64,000 nucleotides of DNA from Hypanus sabinus (Eukaryota). The stretch's first letter is position 1. Each line of letters opens with the position of its first letter. Positions 1-12,361 of the stretch are shown here, piece after piece. The translations under genes and the position numbers were made by a program. The stretch lies in the NCBI RefSeq assembly GCF_030144855.1, contig NC_082721.1, positions 20,212,001 through 20,276,000 on the forward strand, written 5' to 3'. The notes below the pieces were generated by a model. That model had not been told where the DNA came from and did no database searches. It worked only from the letters and a program-made list of their open reading frames with translations.

Positions 1-47
1 ATCGAATCGAGCGTAAAAAGGATTTAGTTCATCTGAGATATATATAT

Positions 48-92
48 GATGGGCTGAAGAGGCTGTTTCTTTGATGTAAGCATCTGTGATTC
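48..92 (+). mobile_element. CR1 LINE 3' terminal stem-loop remnant
   Basis: gatgggctgaagaggctgtttct...tgattc resembles the CR1 3' end seen at 13070-13115. Confidence 0.55.
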
Positions 93-539
93 AAACTGGC
101 CCATGGTTTATTGTAAACACCTAAGCAATAAATACCACCCTTGCTAGTAACACATGGCACACGCATGGATTTTTAAAAAATCAGGCTGCAGTGCCTAATT
201 AGATTGGATTTGTGGAGTCTGCTTAATGATTGCCAGGGAAAACTAGCGCCATAAAGATGGTGAGTTGCTATTGCCTTAAGAGACAGCATCACGCCTTTAT
301 CTCTTGCTACAATGTTTGTATCATTCTTGTAGCTCATTTGAAGACTGACAGCCATGATGAACAGTTGTATTCACCTGATTCTCCATGTCTAAATCAATCA
401 TGTAATGACAGTGGTTCTCAGCTCTAGAGAATGTCACAGGACTTAGAGCACATGATAACATCCATATTACCAGCTTCAAAAAATGATAACTACACCAAAA
501 GCTCTCCCGCTTCAGGTGAAACGGAGGTAAGTGGACCGC

Positions 540-765
540 TTGGACTACTTTGCACTAAAACTGACTTAGCATTTTTCATTTGTAACAATTATTTCATGAA
601 GTCCCTGACCATCCTGTCTAGTTTGACAAGGAAGCCTCATTCAGTATATTGTTAACTTATGTTTTTCTTGTGAATGCTGTGCATGTGACGCTGTGTGTCT
701 GCGGCAAGCTTTCTGTTGCACCTGTGCTTACGTGCACTTGTGCAAATGACGATAAACTAGACTTT
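540..765 (+). mobile_element. Rex1/Babar-type 3' UTR/tail remnant
   Basis: tactttgcac...gtgcaaatgacgataaactagactt, like other Rex-type tails in the window. Confidence 0.5.
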
Positions 766-1189
766 CATCCTGGCTTCACATGTCTCAGAGAATTATAGTT
801 ATGAGGAGAAACTGCTGGGTTGGGTTATTTGCTAAGTGAGAAATGGAAGAAAATCATAAATCGGAGAATTGAATTGAATTGAAGAGAAAAGAAAAAGCTG
901 GCAGCATCTGTTGAAAGAATAAAGATTTCAGATTGGTCACTGTGAAAGGGAAAAGTTGATTGAGGCTTTTGAAAATACTGAAGGCCGAGAGGAGAAAAAA
1001 CGTGAAGGGTCTACTAGAGAGCTTAGCATTGAGTTGTTTGCTAGAATATTAGAAGGGTATCAAAGACAAATTGTTGTATTAACTGAATGGCATTTGGAAC
1101 TCTATCCTGTTAAGATGGTGGTGCATTTGGATACAGAGGCCTCTCAGGGGCCAATCAAAAGTGGTTTTGTCTGTTTAGAATATCTCTTT

Positions 1190-1584
1190 CTGCAATCGCA
1201 AGACAGTGCTGGACATTAAGTACTGCAGGTCTGCCCCATCAGTGGGCTGCTCATTGGCAGAGGAGCTGGAGGAACCGGACTTGGTGTGGACTGTGTTGCT
1301 CCCCGCTACAGGAAGGTATTGAAGGCATCGGAGTCTGTGAGCGAAGGCGGCGTGCAGTCTTGGATGATTCTGTTGGACATTAATAATGCAAGATGCTGCA
1401 AGTCCCTTTCCCTTATTTACTGGTGTGACTGACAGCAGGGGAGCTGCTTGGCCTTGGCGATAGTGTGGACTCGGCTTCAAGCTGCAGGCGTGCCTGTGAG
1501 AGGAGACCTCAGCGGCAGTGTAGCATGGTATCCACGCTCGGTTGAGGGCTGCCAGTGTCCGATCAGTGGATTGACCAGCAGGAT

Positions 1585-1619
<35 letters not shown>

Positions 1620-1840
1620 GACAGCGTACTTCCAAGAATTGCTTCTTCTTGCCAATAGCACCACCGATTTACAGGACTTGTCGCTCAGGGACTTGGGCTA
1701 TATACAGCTAAAGTATTTTTTTGCTATTTTAGATGTGCTCTATGTGCCTTGTGCTGTGTACGTTTTGCACCTTGGCCCCAGGGGAGTGCCATTTCGTTTG
1801 GCTGTACTCAATGTACAGTTGAATGAAAATTGAACTCGAT
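1190..1840 (+). mobile_element. Non-autonomous retroposon with LINE-type tail
   Basis: GC-richer body ending tttcgtttggctgtactcaatgtacagttgaatgaaaattgaact; contains a (GT)n. Confidence 0.45.
1588..1615. repeat. (GT)n microsatellite
   Basis: direct observation. Confidence 0.98.
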
Positions 1841-1854
1841 CTCACCTCCTGAAA

Positions 1855-2035
1855 GGATAGTGGAGGCAGAAACTTAAGCACTTAAAAAGTACCTGGATTA
1901 GCACCTGAAGACCCAGAACTTATAAGGTTACTGCCTGAGAGGATGGAAGGGAGTATACTAAACTTAGGTATTGTCTAACATGGAAATGATGGACTGAATA
2001 GCCTATTCTATGTAACAAATGTCGATGCTTCTATG
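1855..2035 (+). mobile_element. Old CR1 3' end
   Basis: gtggaggcaga...aaaaagtacctggat...gatggactgaatagcctattct. Confidence 0.6.
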
Positions 2036-2691
2036 ATGGAAGAGATCATTAGAGTGGGCCCAGGGGACTTGGTATACAATTCAGAGGATGAGGCAGCTCA
2101 GGTTATGGTAGTGAATGTTGGATGAGCTCTCTGTCTATGTAACACTTTGTATACCTTCCTAAGGAACCAAAGAGCCATTATTCATCAGTCAGACAAGCTG
2201 TAAAGCAGCATTTCTATTTCATTAAAAGGCGATTTTTCATGTATTTTAAATGATTTCAAGAGAAGTAGTTATTTCGACCAGAAAATAGGCCCTGTGGGTG
2301 AAAATGACTGAAAATGGAAGATAATTGTTTTCATTGTTACCTCGAGCAGAGCCTGAAAAATGAAAGCAAAGAAAAAATAATCTTTAACTACTATGATGAT
2401 TACTCTAGAATGGCAATTCCTTGCTTTCCTAACTGATCCTGTTAGTAAACCAAATACCTAAGCTTGTGACTGAGGCCATAGATTTCACCTCTAGCCTGTA
2501 CTAGTCTCAGTCATTTGGCAAATTATATCAGCATTTATTGCCTGATCCAATTTATCCAGGAGAAGTTGATGATGAGCCATCTTCTTGAAATACTGCAGTC
2601 CTTTTAACGAAGGTTCTCTCACATCACTGCCGGGGGAAGGAGCTCCAGCATCTGAACTCTGTGACAATAAAGGAAAGGTGAGATATTTCCA

Positions 2692-3245
2692 GGACAAAGA
2701 TTCAAAGATTCAAAGTACACTTATGCAGTATACAACCCTGAGATTTGTCTTCCCACAGGCAGCCTTGAAGCAAAGAAACACCATGGAACCCGTTCAAAGA
2801 AAACAGCAAATACCCCATGTGCCAAAAATAAACCAAAACGCACAAATGGCAAAAAAACACAGAATAGCACCACAAACCACAAAGTAATCGAAGCAGTCTA
2901 GGAATGTTCAGTTTAATTCAGTTCGGTTCAGTTTAGCTCGCTTGTTGACTGCAGGCTGCAGAACCAGTCTACCCCAATCAAAATCACACAAAATAGCAAT
3001 TAAAAAGAAACCAGAAACGCATGAACTGTGGAGTCCAATCCACAAACGGTGTTGATTAAACCTTCCCCAAGACCTAAGACTCCGGCACCATCCTCTGGCA
3101 GCATCGAGCAGGAAGGAGAGAGATTTCCTCCGGGAGTAGCGAGTGAGAGGGGGAGAGAGACAGGTCAAATGCAGGCAGTTGGCACTGAACCCCTACTCAC
3201 CTTCCACTCTCATCCTCATTAATTTCAATCTCGCCCATCATTTTA
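2692..3245 (-). mobile_element. Non-autonomous retroposon with (TTTGAA)-type tail
   Basis: ttcaaagattcaaagtacac...tacaaccctgagattt...acaggcagcc head shared with copies at 29872, 42010 and 53632. Confidence 0.65.
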
Positions 3246-3254
3246 ATCGACAGT

Positions 3255-3521
3255 GCTGAACTGATTCTACTAGCTGTAGATTCACTTTCAAGGACTTTAC
3301 AATTCATGTTCTCAGTAAAATTATTTTTATATATTATTGCTATTAATATTTGTATTTTTGAATTTACATAGTTTGTCTTTTTTGGATATTGATTGTCCCT
3401 CTGTGTGCAGTCTTTCATCGGTTATATTGTATTTCTTGATTCTACATGCAAGGAAATGAATCTCGTCGTATATGGTGTCTTTAATGTACTTCAGTAATAG
3501 CTTTGAACTTTGAATTTTGAT
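3255..3521 (+). mobile_element. Rex1/Babar-type 3' UTR
   Basis: ctgattcta...cactttcaaggactttacaa...tttgaactttgaa; matches 47860-48122. Confidence 0.7.
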
Positions 3522-3879
3522 GTCAGGGTGGTGTGTGACTTACAAGTGAGTCAGTAGGTGGTGATGTCCCCCCTGCTTCTCTCCTACTTACTAGAAGTGT
3601 GTGAGTTTAGGTGTTGCTGGAATTGCTTCATCAGGTAATTGTACTTCATGTTGTACTTGGTGCACTGCGTAGCCTTGGAGGAGGAGGGAATGCTTGCAGA
3701 TGGGAGATGGGTGCAGACAAGCTGGTTGCTCTGTCCTGGTTGGCACTGAGCTTTTTGTATGCTGTTTATTCTTTGCATGGTGATTAACATGTACATATAA
3801 TAGAAACAAATTTTGACTGTGCAGCCATGGCTTTGTGTGACTTGTGTGCTCCCCCTTTCTTAGAGATCTGTGGATTTAT

Positions 3880-4385
3880 ATGGACAAAGAGGTTGGAGCA
3901 TAATCTAAGTACAAAACTGAGAAAGTATTGGACTGCTGGAGGCACTGCCTTTGGAGGAATTAAACTGAACTCCATCCACTCTCACAAATGGATGTAAATA
4001 TCTTAATGTGCTATGTTCAAGAAGGGAATTGAGTTGAAATGAATTTACTTTATTTCTTACATCCTTCATATACATGAGAAGTAAAAATCTCTGAATGTAT
4101 AATGTGCAGTTTATAGTGATTTATAATGAATAGTATGTACAACAGGACAGTCAGTATAACATAGAAATACAATTGTATCAGCCTGATGATGGCCTGGTGG
4201 AAGAAGCTGTCCCAGAGCCTGTTGGTCCTGGCTTTTATGCTGTGGTACTGTTTCCCGGATGGTTGTCCCTGGAACAGTGTGTGGTTGGAGTGACTCAGGT
4301 CCCCAATGATCCTTCAGGCCCTTGTACCTTGGCCCATGTGTATCATCATATTGTTGTTTATGGGTATACACTTTGTGCATATTCA
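3880..4385 (+). mobile_element. Deu-domain SINE (SacSINE1-like), split by a Rex insertion
   Basis: ctgagaaagtattggactgctggaggc...ggatgtaaa, resuming ttggcccatg...tcatattgttgtttatggg after 4328. Confidence 0.5.
4026..4328 (-). mobile_element. Rex1/Babar LINE 3' end
   Basis: closely similar to 52434-52750 (tail and RYHSIKARTNRL-type C-terminus). Confidence 0.8.
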
Positions 4386-5159
4386 CTGTAATGCTTCTTA
4401 TATTACATAGATCAAAAGGACTTCTTTGGCTGGAGAGTGTTTTAGGGTATCGAGATGTAAGTGGTGCTGCTTAAATATTGTTTCTTCCTCCTTTCCTATG
4501 TCGTTTCTTTCCTTTATTCTTTTTAATTCCAATCGTTTCCCTTCATTTTCTCCCACTTCCTTTTTTTATTTTCCTTTTTTCTCTTCCTATTTCCTTTCAT
4601 TTTCCGTTCAGGGCCCGACCTTGCTAACTTACTGGCATTCGCACTTTAGCTGGACTGCACAGAGTAGCTTCCGCATTGGAACATCCAGATGAATTGGTTC
4701 AGTGTCAGGCCCACCGTCCCTTTGGGACAGCCAAGTATATCGGTGGCTGGAATAACAACCATTTCACTGCAGGTTATCCTGCAGTGAGCTGGTGTCACAG
4801 GATGCCAGAAATCCCTGGTGTTTTCAGATCATGGCCCTGATGCATTTTACAGAGACTGCACTTAAAGCAGTCGTCCATCACAAATGAATCACTCAGGACT
4901 TCAACATTACGAGGGCAATACCTGAGAACTGAAAACTGAAAATTGCCATATATTGAGGCTGAGCTCTTTACCTGACCTGGAACAGATAAAGTATTATGTT
5001 TATATAAAATGGAGGAGGAGAAGTGAAGAGACTAAACATAAAGAAGTATAAAGAGAGATCAAAGCAGAGAGCAGGTGTATGCAGCTGCCGGGTGAACTAC
5101 TTCCAAATGTGTCACAGCCAGAGAGAAAGTTTTGAAGTGTATTCGTTATTGCAAAGTAG

Positions 5160-5320
5160 TAAATAAGGCAGCCAATTTGTACGTAGCAATTTTCTGCTGT
5201 ATTGACTGGTTAATCTATTTTAATTGTTAACGAGGACACTGGGATTAGCTCTTACATTCTTCCTCTGCATGGTGCCCGAGGACCAGTGTGCATCGGAAAG
5301 GGCATACTGAGCCTGGGATT
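5160..5320 (-). mobile_element. Degenerate Deu-domain SINE
   Basis: ggcagccaatttgtacgtagcaa...aggacactggga. Confidence 0.45.
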
Positions 5321-5351
5321 AAAAATACTTCTATTTAAACACCAGCTATGT

Positions 5352-5740
5352 CAACACACACCAAACGCCGAAGGAACTCAGACAGGCAGGTAGCATCAGT
5401 GGAAATGAACAAACAGTTTACGTTTCAGACTGAGACGCTTCTTCAGGACTGGAAAGGGAAGGGAAAGATGCCAGAAGAGAAAGGTGGTGGGGGGGGGGGG
5501 AGGGAAGGAGGGTAGATAGAAGGTGATAGGTGAAGCCAGGTGGGAAGGAAAGGTAAAAGGCTAGAGAGGAAGGAATCTGATAGGAGAGGAAAAAAGGAAG
5601 GAGGAGGGGTACGAGGGTAAGGAGATTGGCAGGTGAGAAGAGGTGAGAGGCCAGAAGGGGGAATAGAAGGGTGGGGGGGGGGAGGACTTTTTTTAACTGG
5701 AATAAGAAATGCTATCAGGTTGGAAGCTGTCCAAGTGACA
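5352..5740 (-). mobile_element. Penelope-like element 3' end with degenerate hammerhead motif
   Basis: aacacacac...gaactcag...gtttcagactgagacgcttcttcaggactgg; minus strand cagtc-CTGAAGA...GAAAC-GTA. Confidence 0.75.
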
Positions 5741-6504
5741 GTAAATTTTGGAGCACGTTTCCAGAATGGAGTTTAAACCCTCAACTTTCTGATTTAGAAG
5801 TGAGAGATTTATCGAATGAATTACAACAAGCACAAAATGAGAGAAGGAGGGAAACAATGAAAAAAAATGCAGAAAGCAGTGATGGGAGACAGAGGTGGAA
5901 AGTCAGAAGTCAGGGGAATTAAAGACTGGGAAGTCTTAATTGCAATGGTCCCTAAGAGTTTCTTCCCAGAAGGATGGAGATCTAGTATTTCTGATGGAGA
6001 AGGTATGTGCACAGAGAAGATGTTGTTTTGTCTGAGGGCATTGTAAGCAAAGAAAAGCTCGCATACATGCCATTATTAAACAAGTTCACTCACCACCTGA
6101 GTAGTGCATTTCATACATTCTGTTCTTGGTATGTTCTGACCCCAAGGTCAAAGATAGAGAGTCCCACTGCTATCGACTGACCAAAAATCTGCACAGTGAC
6201 TTGAGTTAATGACCTTGTACACAGAGTCTCTGAAAGCATGACAGTACAAAGTAATAACTGCTAATGCATCACTGTCCCTAATAATTACTTGTGGTACAAC
6301 ATTCCTCACTTAATTGATGTGTCCCCATGCTGTTTTAATCACTGCTTTCAAGCTGTGGTTCACACCCTGTCTGCTCCCTTCACAAAGTAAGGCATGTCAT
6401 CTCCGAATGTTCTTTCCACCCACAATACAGCTCTGAGCTCTCCTGGGCCTGGGGGAGCAGCTTTTGCTCCTTGGCCAGCGCACAGACCTCTCACAAGCAA
6501 GTAC

Positions 6505-7575
6505 TCAGATTCGGGCTTATATGCTTATCATATGTAAATCGAAACGTACAATGAAGTGCATCGTTTGTGTTAACATCCAAGGATGTGCCCGCGAGTGTCA
6601 ACATTCAAAGTAAATTTTATTATCAAAGTACGCATATGTCACTAAATACAACCCCTGAGATTCATTTTCTTGTGGGCATACTCAGCAAATCGATAGAATA
6701 GTAACTATAACAGGATCAATGAAAGAACAACCAGAGTACAGAAGACAACAAAATGTGCAAATGCAAATATAAATGAATAGCAATAAATAATGAGAATATG
6801 AGATAAAGGGCCCTTGAAAGTGAGCTAATTTGTTGTGGGAACATTTCAATGGCGGGGCAAGTGAAGTTCAGTGAAGTTATCCCCTTTTATTCAAGAGCCT
6901 GATGATTGAGGGGTAGCAACTGTTCTTGAACCTGGTGGTGCAGGTCTTGTGATGCTTGTACCTTCTACCTGATGACAGCAGCGTGAAGAGAGCATGACCT
7001 GGGTTGTGGTGATCTCTGATGATGGATGTTGCTTTCCTGCGACAGCGTTTCATGTAGATGTGCTCAATGACTGGGAGGGCTTTACCCATAATGTACAGGG
7101 CCAAATCTACAACATTTTGAAAGAGTTTCTGTTCAAAGGCATTGATGTTTCCACACCAATGTGTTGCTTTGCCTCGCAGTGCACACCCAGCGTGCCTCAG
7201 CTGAACAAAACACAGCATACCAAGGGACAAAGCAACAACAGAAAAACAAGCCCAGCTCCTCCTTCCTAACCATCCACCCACACACATACGCAGACTTCTA
7301 ACCCCAGGACTGTCCATTTTGGGCTTCCAGCTTCCGGTGGACTCGTGGATTTTCTGACATTGGGCTTTCGACTTCCTCAGCGGACTCACAGAAATTCACT
7401 GACTCAGGGCTCTGGCCATTGGGCCTCGACTTCAGGACTTCCAATCGACCTATAGGCTTCAATCTGGACTTCCAACCAATCTTTGACCTTCACCGATCCC
7501 AAAAAAGCATACCCATGAGCCTAAAAAAGACCGAAAAACACTGAGTCTGGGCCAAGGCCACAGCTCAAACTGCAG
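6505..7575 (-). mobile_element. Non-autonomous retroposon (family of 40799-41120), probably split by a Rex insertion
   Basis: tail 6505-6600 and body 7160-7575 match the reverse complement of 40799-41120. Confidence 0.55.
6603..7155 (-). mobile_element. Rex1/Babar LINE 3' end
   Basis: ORF 6877-7389 C-terminus ATSIIRDHHNPGHALFTLLSSGRRYK...RFKNSCYPSIIRLLN plus (TTTGAA) tail. Confidence 0.85.
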
Positions 7576-7579
7576 AATA

Positions 7580-8290
7580 TAACCATACAATTGTTTCAGT
7601 GAAGAAAGAGGGCCTTTCAGATAGCTGAGATTACATTGTCTCCTTGTAGTTATCCCATCAGTTCTATTTCCTTGCATCATCCCTCAAACCTGCAAATTAT
7701 TCTCTTTCACCTACCTAATCAACTTATAATAAAAACATTCTTCAAATCCTTCAATATCTTTTGCCCATCACTTTAAATCTGGCCCCTGAGCCATCAACTA
7801 ATAGGATCATCTTTGCTCTCTTTACCTTTTCTAAATCATCCATGAACTTATACAACCACCACTACATATCCTTTTAAATGTAATTTACTCCAAGGAGAAC
7901 AACCCTGCTTTCTCCTACATGAAATTGTTTGGAGCCAAAATGCCTCATCTCCCTGATTATTCCATCCAATCTTTTTCTGTGCCCTCTCTAGGATCTTCAA
8001 ATCTTTCCTAAAATTTGGAGACCGCAAGTAGCACAACCAGTGTTCTATATAAGTTCAAAGTAGCTTCAATGGAGCGGCACAGTAACATAATGGTTAATGC
8101 AATGCCTTATAACACAAGCGATCACTGATCAGGGGCTCAATGCCCTTCACTGTCTCTAAGGAGTTTGTACTTCCAAGTTTTGTGTCATCTGCAAATTTGG
8201 GAACGTTACCCTGCACACCACGTCCAAGTAATTGGTATATATCAAAAAGTCAATTGTCCCAGAACTAATCTATATTTCTCCTACTATCAA
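7580..8290 (-). mobile_element. Old CR1 ORF2 3' part
   Basis: SPNFRKDLKILERAQKK remnant; gtgtcatctgcaaattt is the KFADDT motif on the minus strand. Confidence 0.7.
8070..8172 (+). mobile_element. V-SINE (HE1-like) 5' fragment inside CR1
   Basis: tRNA-like head plus taaggagtttgtac. Confidence 0.6.
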
Positions 8291-9062
8291 ATTGCTGTTC
8301 TTGCTGTCAGGCAAAATTTACCCCTTTTTTCTGTTGATATGGAACCTCCTCACAGTTTTTCTGGATCATCACAGGAGGAGTCTGCACAGAACAAGACAGA
8401 TAGTCTATTCACTCGTGCAGACTATTGAACCTAACCTCATTTCCCTTTCAAGCAGCATCACCAGCTCAGATGGAATCCTTCTCTGGTCCCTTGCTAAGTC
8501 CTCATTTGATGCACTGACTCCCAGAGTATAATCAGAATAGTGGGGAAGGAAATGTCTGAAACCAGAAAGCAGAGTTTGAAGGTGAGGATAAGAGGGTTTG
8601 AATGTATTTGAGGATGAACTTTGAGGCAGTAATGCCTGAGAAAGCAGTGAAGGAAGTTACTCTCACCGTTAACAAACTAACTGGACAAACCCTTAAATTC
8701 CAGACCAGGCACTCTGTGGCTGGCTTTGAGGCTCCACAGGGAAGGGCAAAGTCAGGCACAGTGGTTGTGATAGGGGACACAATAGGTAGGGTGATGGACA
8801 GGAGGTCCTGCGGCTGCAAAAGTGAAGCCAGGATGGCGTGTTGCCTTCTGGCTGCTAGGGTCAAAGAGGTCTCAGAGCGGCTGCAAAAGACTCTCATGAG
8901 CGTAAGCAGTCAGACTTTGTGGTGCACATTGGCACCAATGACATAGGTAGAAACGAGGAAGAGGTCCAATGGAGCGAGTAGAAGGAGTTGCTGAAGAGCA
9001 GGACCTCCAAGGTGGTAATCTCTGGATTACTCCCAGCATCATGTGCTAGTCAGCACAAGAAT

Positions 9063-9680
9063 AGACAGACAGACATACTTTAATGATCCCAAGGGAAATT
9101 GGGTTTCGTTACAGCCGCACCAACCATGAATAGTGTAGAAATATAGCAATATAAAACCATAAATAATTATATAATAAGTAAGTAAGTTATGCCAAGTGGA
9201 AATAAGTCCAGGACCAGCCTATTGGCTCAGGGTGTCTGACACTCCGAGGGAGGAGTTGTAAAGTTTGATGGCCACAGGCAGGAATGACTTCCTATGATGC
9301 TCAGTGTTGCATCTCAGTGGAATGAGTCTCTGGCTGAATGAACTCCTGTGTCTAACCAGTACATTATGAAGTGGATGGGAGACATTGTCCAAGATGGCAT
9401 GCAACTTGGACAGCATCCTCTTTTCAGACACCACTGTCAGAGAGTCCAGTTCCACCCCCACAACATCACTGGCCTTACGAATGAGTTTGTTGATTCAGTT
9501 GGTGTCTGCTACCCTCAGCCTGCTGCCTCAGCACACAACAGCAAACATGATACCACTGGCCACCACAGACTCGTAGAAGATCCTCAACATTGTCCGGCAG
9601 ATGTTAAAGGACCTCAGTCTCCTCAGGAAATAGAGACGGCTCTGACCCTTCTTGTAGACAGCCTCAGTGTTCTTTGACCA
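9063..9680 (-). mobile_element. Young Rex1/Babar LINE 3' part inserted in CR1 ORF1
   Basis: WSKNTEAVYKKGQSRLYFLRRLRSFNIC...FYESVVAS (DUF1891-type); HPLHNVL...RKSFLPVAIKLYN; (TGTC)n tail; truncated by the gap. Confidence 0.9.
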
Positions 9681-9829
9681 NNNNNNNNNNNNNNNNNNNN
9701 NNNNNNNNNNNNNNNNNNNNNNNNNNNNNNNNNNNNNNNNNNNNNNNNNNNNNNNNNNNNNNNNNNNNNNNNNNNNNNNNNNNNNNNNNNNNNNNNNNNN
9801 NNNNNNNNNNNNNNNNNNNNNNNNNNNNN
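9681..9829. other. Assembly gap (149 N)
   Basis: run of N. Confidence 1.
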
Positions 9830-10520
9830 TCAAGATCTGAACCTGAAGGGGACAAATATCCATGTAGGTTTGATACAGTTGTTGGGGAGGGTTAAAACTA
9901 ATTTGACAGAGGATGGGGGCCGGAGTGACAGGACTGATGATGGGGCAGTCGGTACTCAAGTTGATGCAGTGTGTAGACAGACTGTGAGGAAGGGCAGGCA
10001 GAAGACAGGGCAAAATTGCAGTTAGAGGGGTATGCTGAAGTGTACCATGGGGGCAAAATTGAAAAAGGTGATGAATACAGGACTGAAGGTGTTAAACTTG
10101 AATGCACACAGTATATGAAATAAAGTAGATGATCTTGCAGCACTGTTAGAGCTTGGTAGGTAGGTGTGTTGCTGTGCGCATCACTTAGACATGGCTGAAA
10201 GAAGATCATAGTTAGGAATTTAACATCCAAGGATACACGTTGTATTGAAAGAACAAGCAGGAGGCAGAGGAAATGAGGTGGTTCTGTTGGTAAAAAAAAT
10301 TCAATCAAATCCTTAGAAAGATGTGAAATGGATCAGCAGACGTAGAATCCTTAAGGTTAGGGTTAAGAAATTGTAATTGTAATTAACCCTGATGTGAGTT
10401 ATATACAGACTCACAAACAGTAGTCAGGATGTGGATTAAATTTCAACAGGAAATAGAAAAGGCATGCGATAAGGGCAATGTTACGATAGTCATGGGGGTT
10501 TGAATATGCAGGTAGCTTGG

Positions 10521-10578
10521 GACAGAGATGGAGGGCCTTCATTGCTGCCCTAAACGACAGCAGCATAATGGGCAGCAG
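10521..10578 (+). mobile_element. RTE-clade 3' terminal fragment at the CR1 deletion junction
   Basis: encodes QRWRAFIAALN, an RTE-like C-terminus. Confidence 0.55.
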
Positions 10579-11063
10579 AAAGGCAAGGATGGGTGTTGCA
10601 CCTCTGGCAAATGATGCTGGAGAGGTAGTATGGGGGACAGAGAAATAGCAGACAAACTAAATAAGTATTCTGCGCCATAGTTCGCCATGGAAGTCCTAGC
10701 AGTATGCCAGAAATTTGAGAGCGTCATGGGTCAGAAAGTGAGTGTAGCTGCTGTTACTAAGGAGAAGGTGCTTGGGAAGCTGAAAGGTCTGAAGGTAGAT
10801 AAGTCACCTGGACCAGATGGGTCACACCCCAGGGATCTGAAACTGATAGCTGAAGCGACTGTGGAGGCAATATTAATGATTTTTCAAGAATCGCTAGATT
10901 ATGAAATGTTTCTGGAGGACTGGAAAATTACAAATGTCACTCCACTCTTTAAGAATGGAGGGAGGTAGAAGAAAGGAAGTTAGATTGACTTCAGTGGTTG
11001 GGAGGATGTTGGCATCCATTATTAAGGATGAGGTTTCAGGTTACTTGGAGGTGCATGATAAAG

Positions 11064-11316
11064 TCAGAATCAGGATCAGGTTGAATATTGCTGGCATACG
11101 TCATGAAATTTGTTAACTTAGCGGCAACAGTACAATGCAATACATGATAATATAGAAAAATATCAATTACATTAAGTATATTTATGTATATTAAATAGTT
11201 AAGTTAGAAATAGTGCAAAAACAGAAATAAAAAAAATGTGAGGTTGTATTCATTTGTTCAATGTCCATGTAGAAATCAGATGGCAGAGGGGAAGAAGCTG
11301 TTCCTGAATCTCTGAG
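11064..11316 (-). mobile_element. Rex-type 3' end inserted in CR1 RT
   Basis: agaatcaggatcagg tail...gatggcagaggggaagaagctgttcctgaa. Confidence 0.8.
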
Positions 11317-11819
11317 GCTCAGTCAACGTCAGCATTGCTCCCTTAAGGGGAAATCTTGCTTGACAAATCTGTTGGAATTCCTTGAGGAAATAACAGGTGG
11401 GATAGACCAAGGAGAGTCAGTGGATATTATTTACTTGAAGGCCTTTGACAAGGAGCTGCACATGAAGCTGCTTAAGATGATAAGAGCCCCTGATATAACA
11501 GGAAAGATACTAGCAAGGATAGAAGATTGGCTGACTGGTAGAAGGCAAAGAGTTGGAATAACTGTTTGGCTGCTGGTGACAAGTGGCTTTCCACCAGGGT
11601 TGGTTATAGAACTTCTTTTTGTGTTATATATCAATGATTTGGATGCTAGAATTGATGGCTTTGTGGCCATGACACAAAGATAGGTGGAGGGGCAGGTTGT
11701 GTTGAGGAAGCAAGAAGTCTGCAGAAGGACTGGGACAGATTTGGAGAATGGGCAAAGAAGTAGCGGATTTAGTATAGTGTCAGGAAGTGTATGGTCATGC
11801 ACTTTGTTGGAAGGAATAA

Positions 11820-12361
11820 ATAGACAATAGACAGTAGGTGCAGGAGTAGGCCATTTGGCCCTTCTAGCCAGCACCGCTATTCACTGTGATCATGGCTGAT
11901 CATACACAATCAGAACCCCGTTCCTGCCCTCTCCCCATATCCCTTGACCCCGCTATCTTTAAGAGCTCTATCTAACTCTCTCTTGAAGGCATCCAGAGAC
12001 TTGGCCTCCACTGCCTTCTGGGGCAGAGCATTCCACATATCCACCACTCTCTGGGTGAAAAAATTTTTCCGCATCTCTGTTCTAAATGGCTTACCCCTTA
12101 TTCTTAAACTGTGGCCTCTCGTTCTGGACTCACCCATCAGCGGGAACATGCTTCCTGCCACCACTGTGTCCAATCCCTTAATAATCTTATATGTTTCAAT
12201 CAGATCCCCTCTCATCCTTCTAAATTCCAGTATATACAAGCCCAGTCACTCCAATCTTTCAACATATGACAGTCCCGCCATTCCAGGAATTAACCTTGTG
12301 AACCTACGCTACACTCCCTCAATAGCAAGAATGTCCTTCCTCAAATTTGGAGACCAAAACT
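11820..12361 (-). mobile_element. Young CR1 3' end inserted antisense in older CR1
   Basis: ORF 11910-12239 LEFRRMRGDLIETYKII...FFTQRVVDMWNALP; (ATTGTCT)n tail. Confidence 0.92.

Larger units (their letters stand above)
2540..3760 (-). mobile_element. Old elasmobranch CR1/L2-group LINE 3' region, interrupted at ~2692-3521
   Basis: 2540-2691 (minus ORF WKYLTFPLLSQ...) resumes as gtcagggtggtgtgtg at ~3522; collinear with the uninterrupted copy at 63180-63700. Confidence 0.7.

Noticed and set aside
9528-10013. ORFs of 63-161 aa spanning the N run
   Set aside because: Artefacts of translating through the assembly gap; they join CR1 antisense sequence to Rex sequence.
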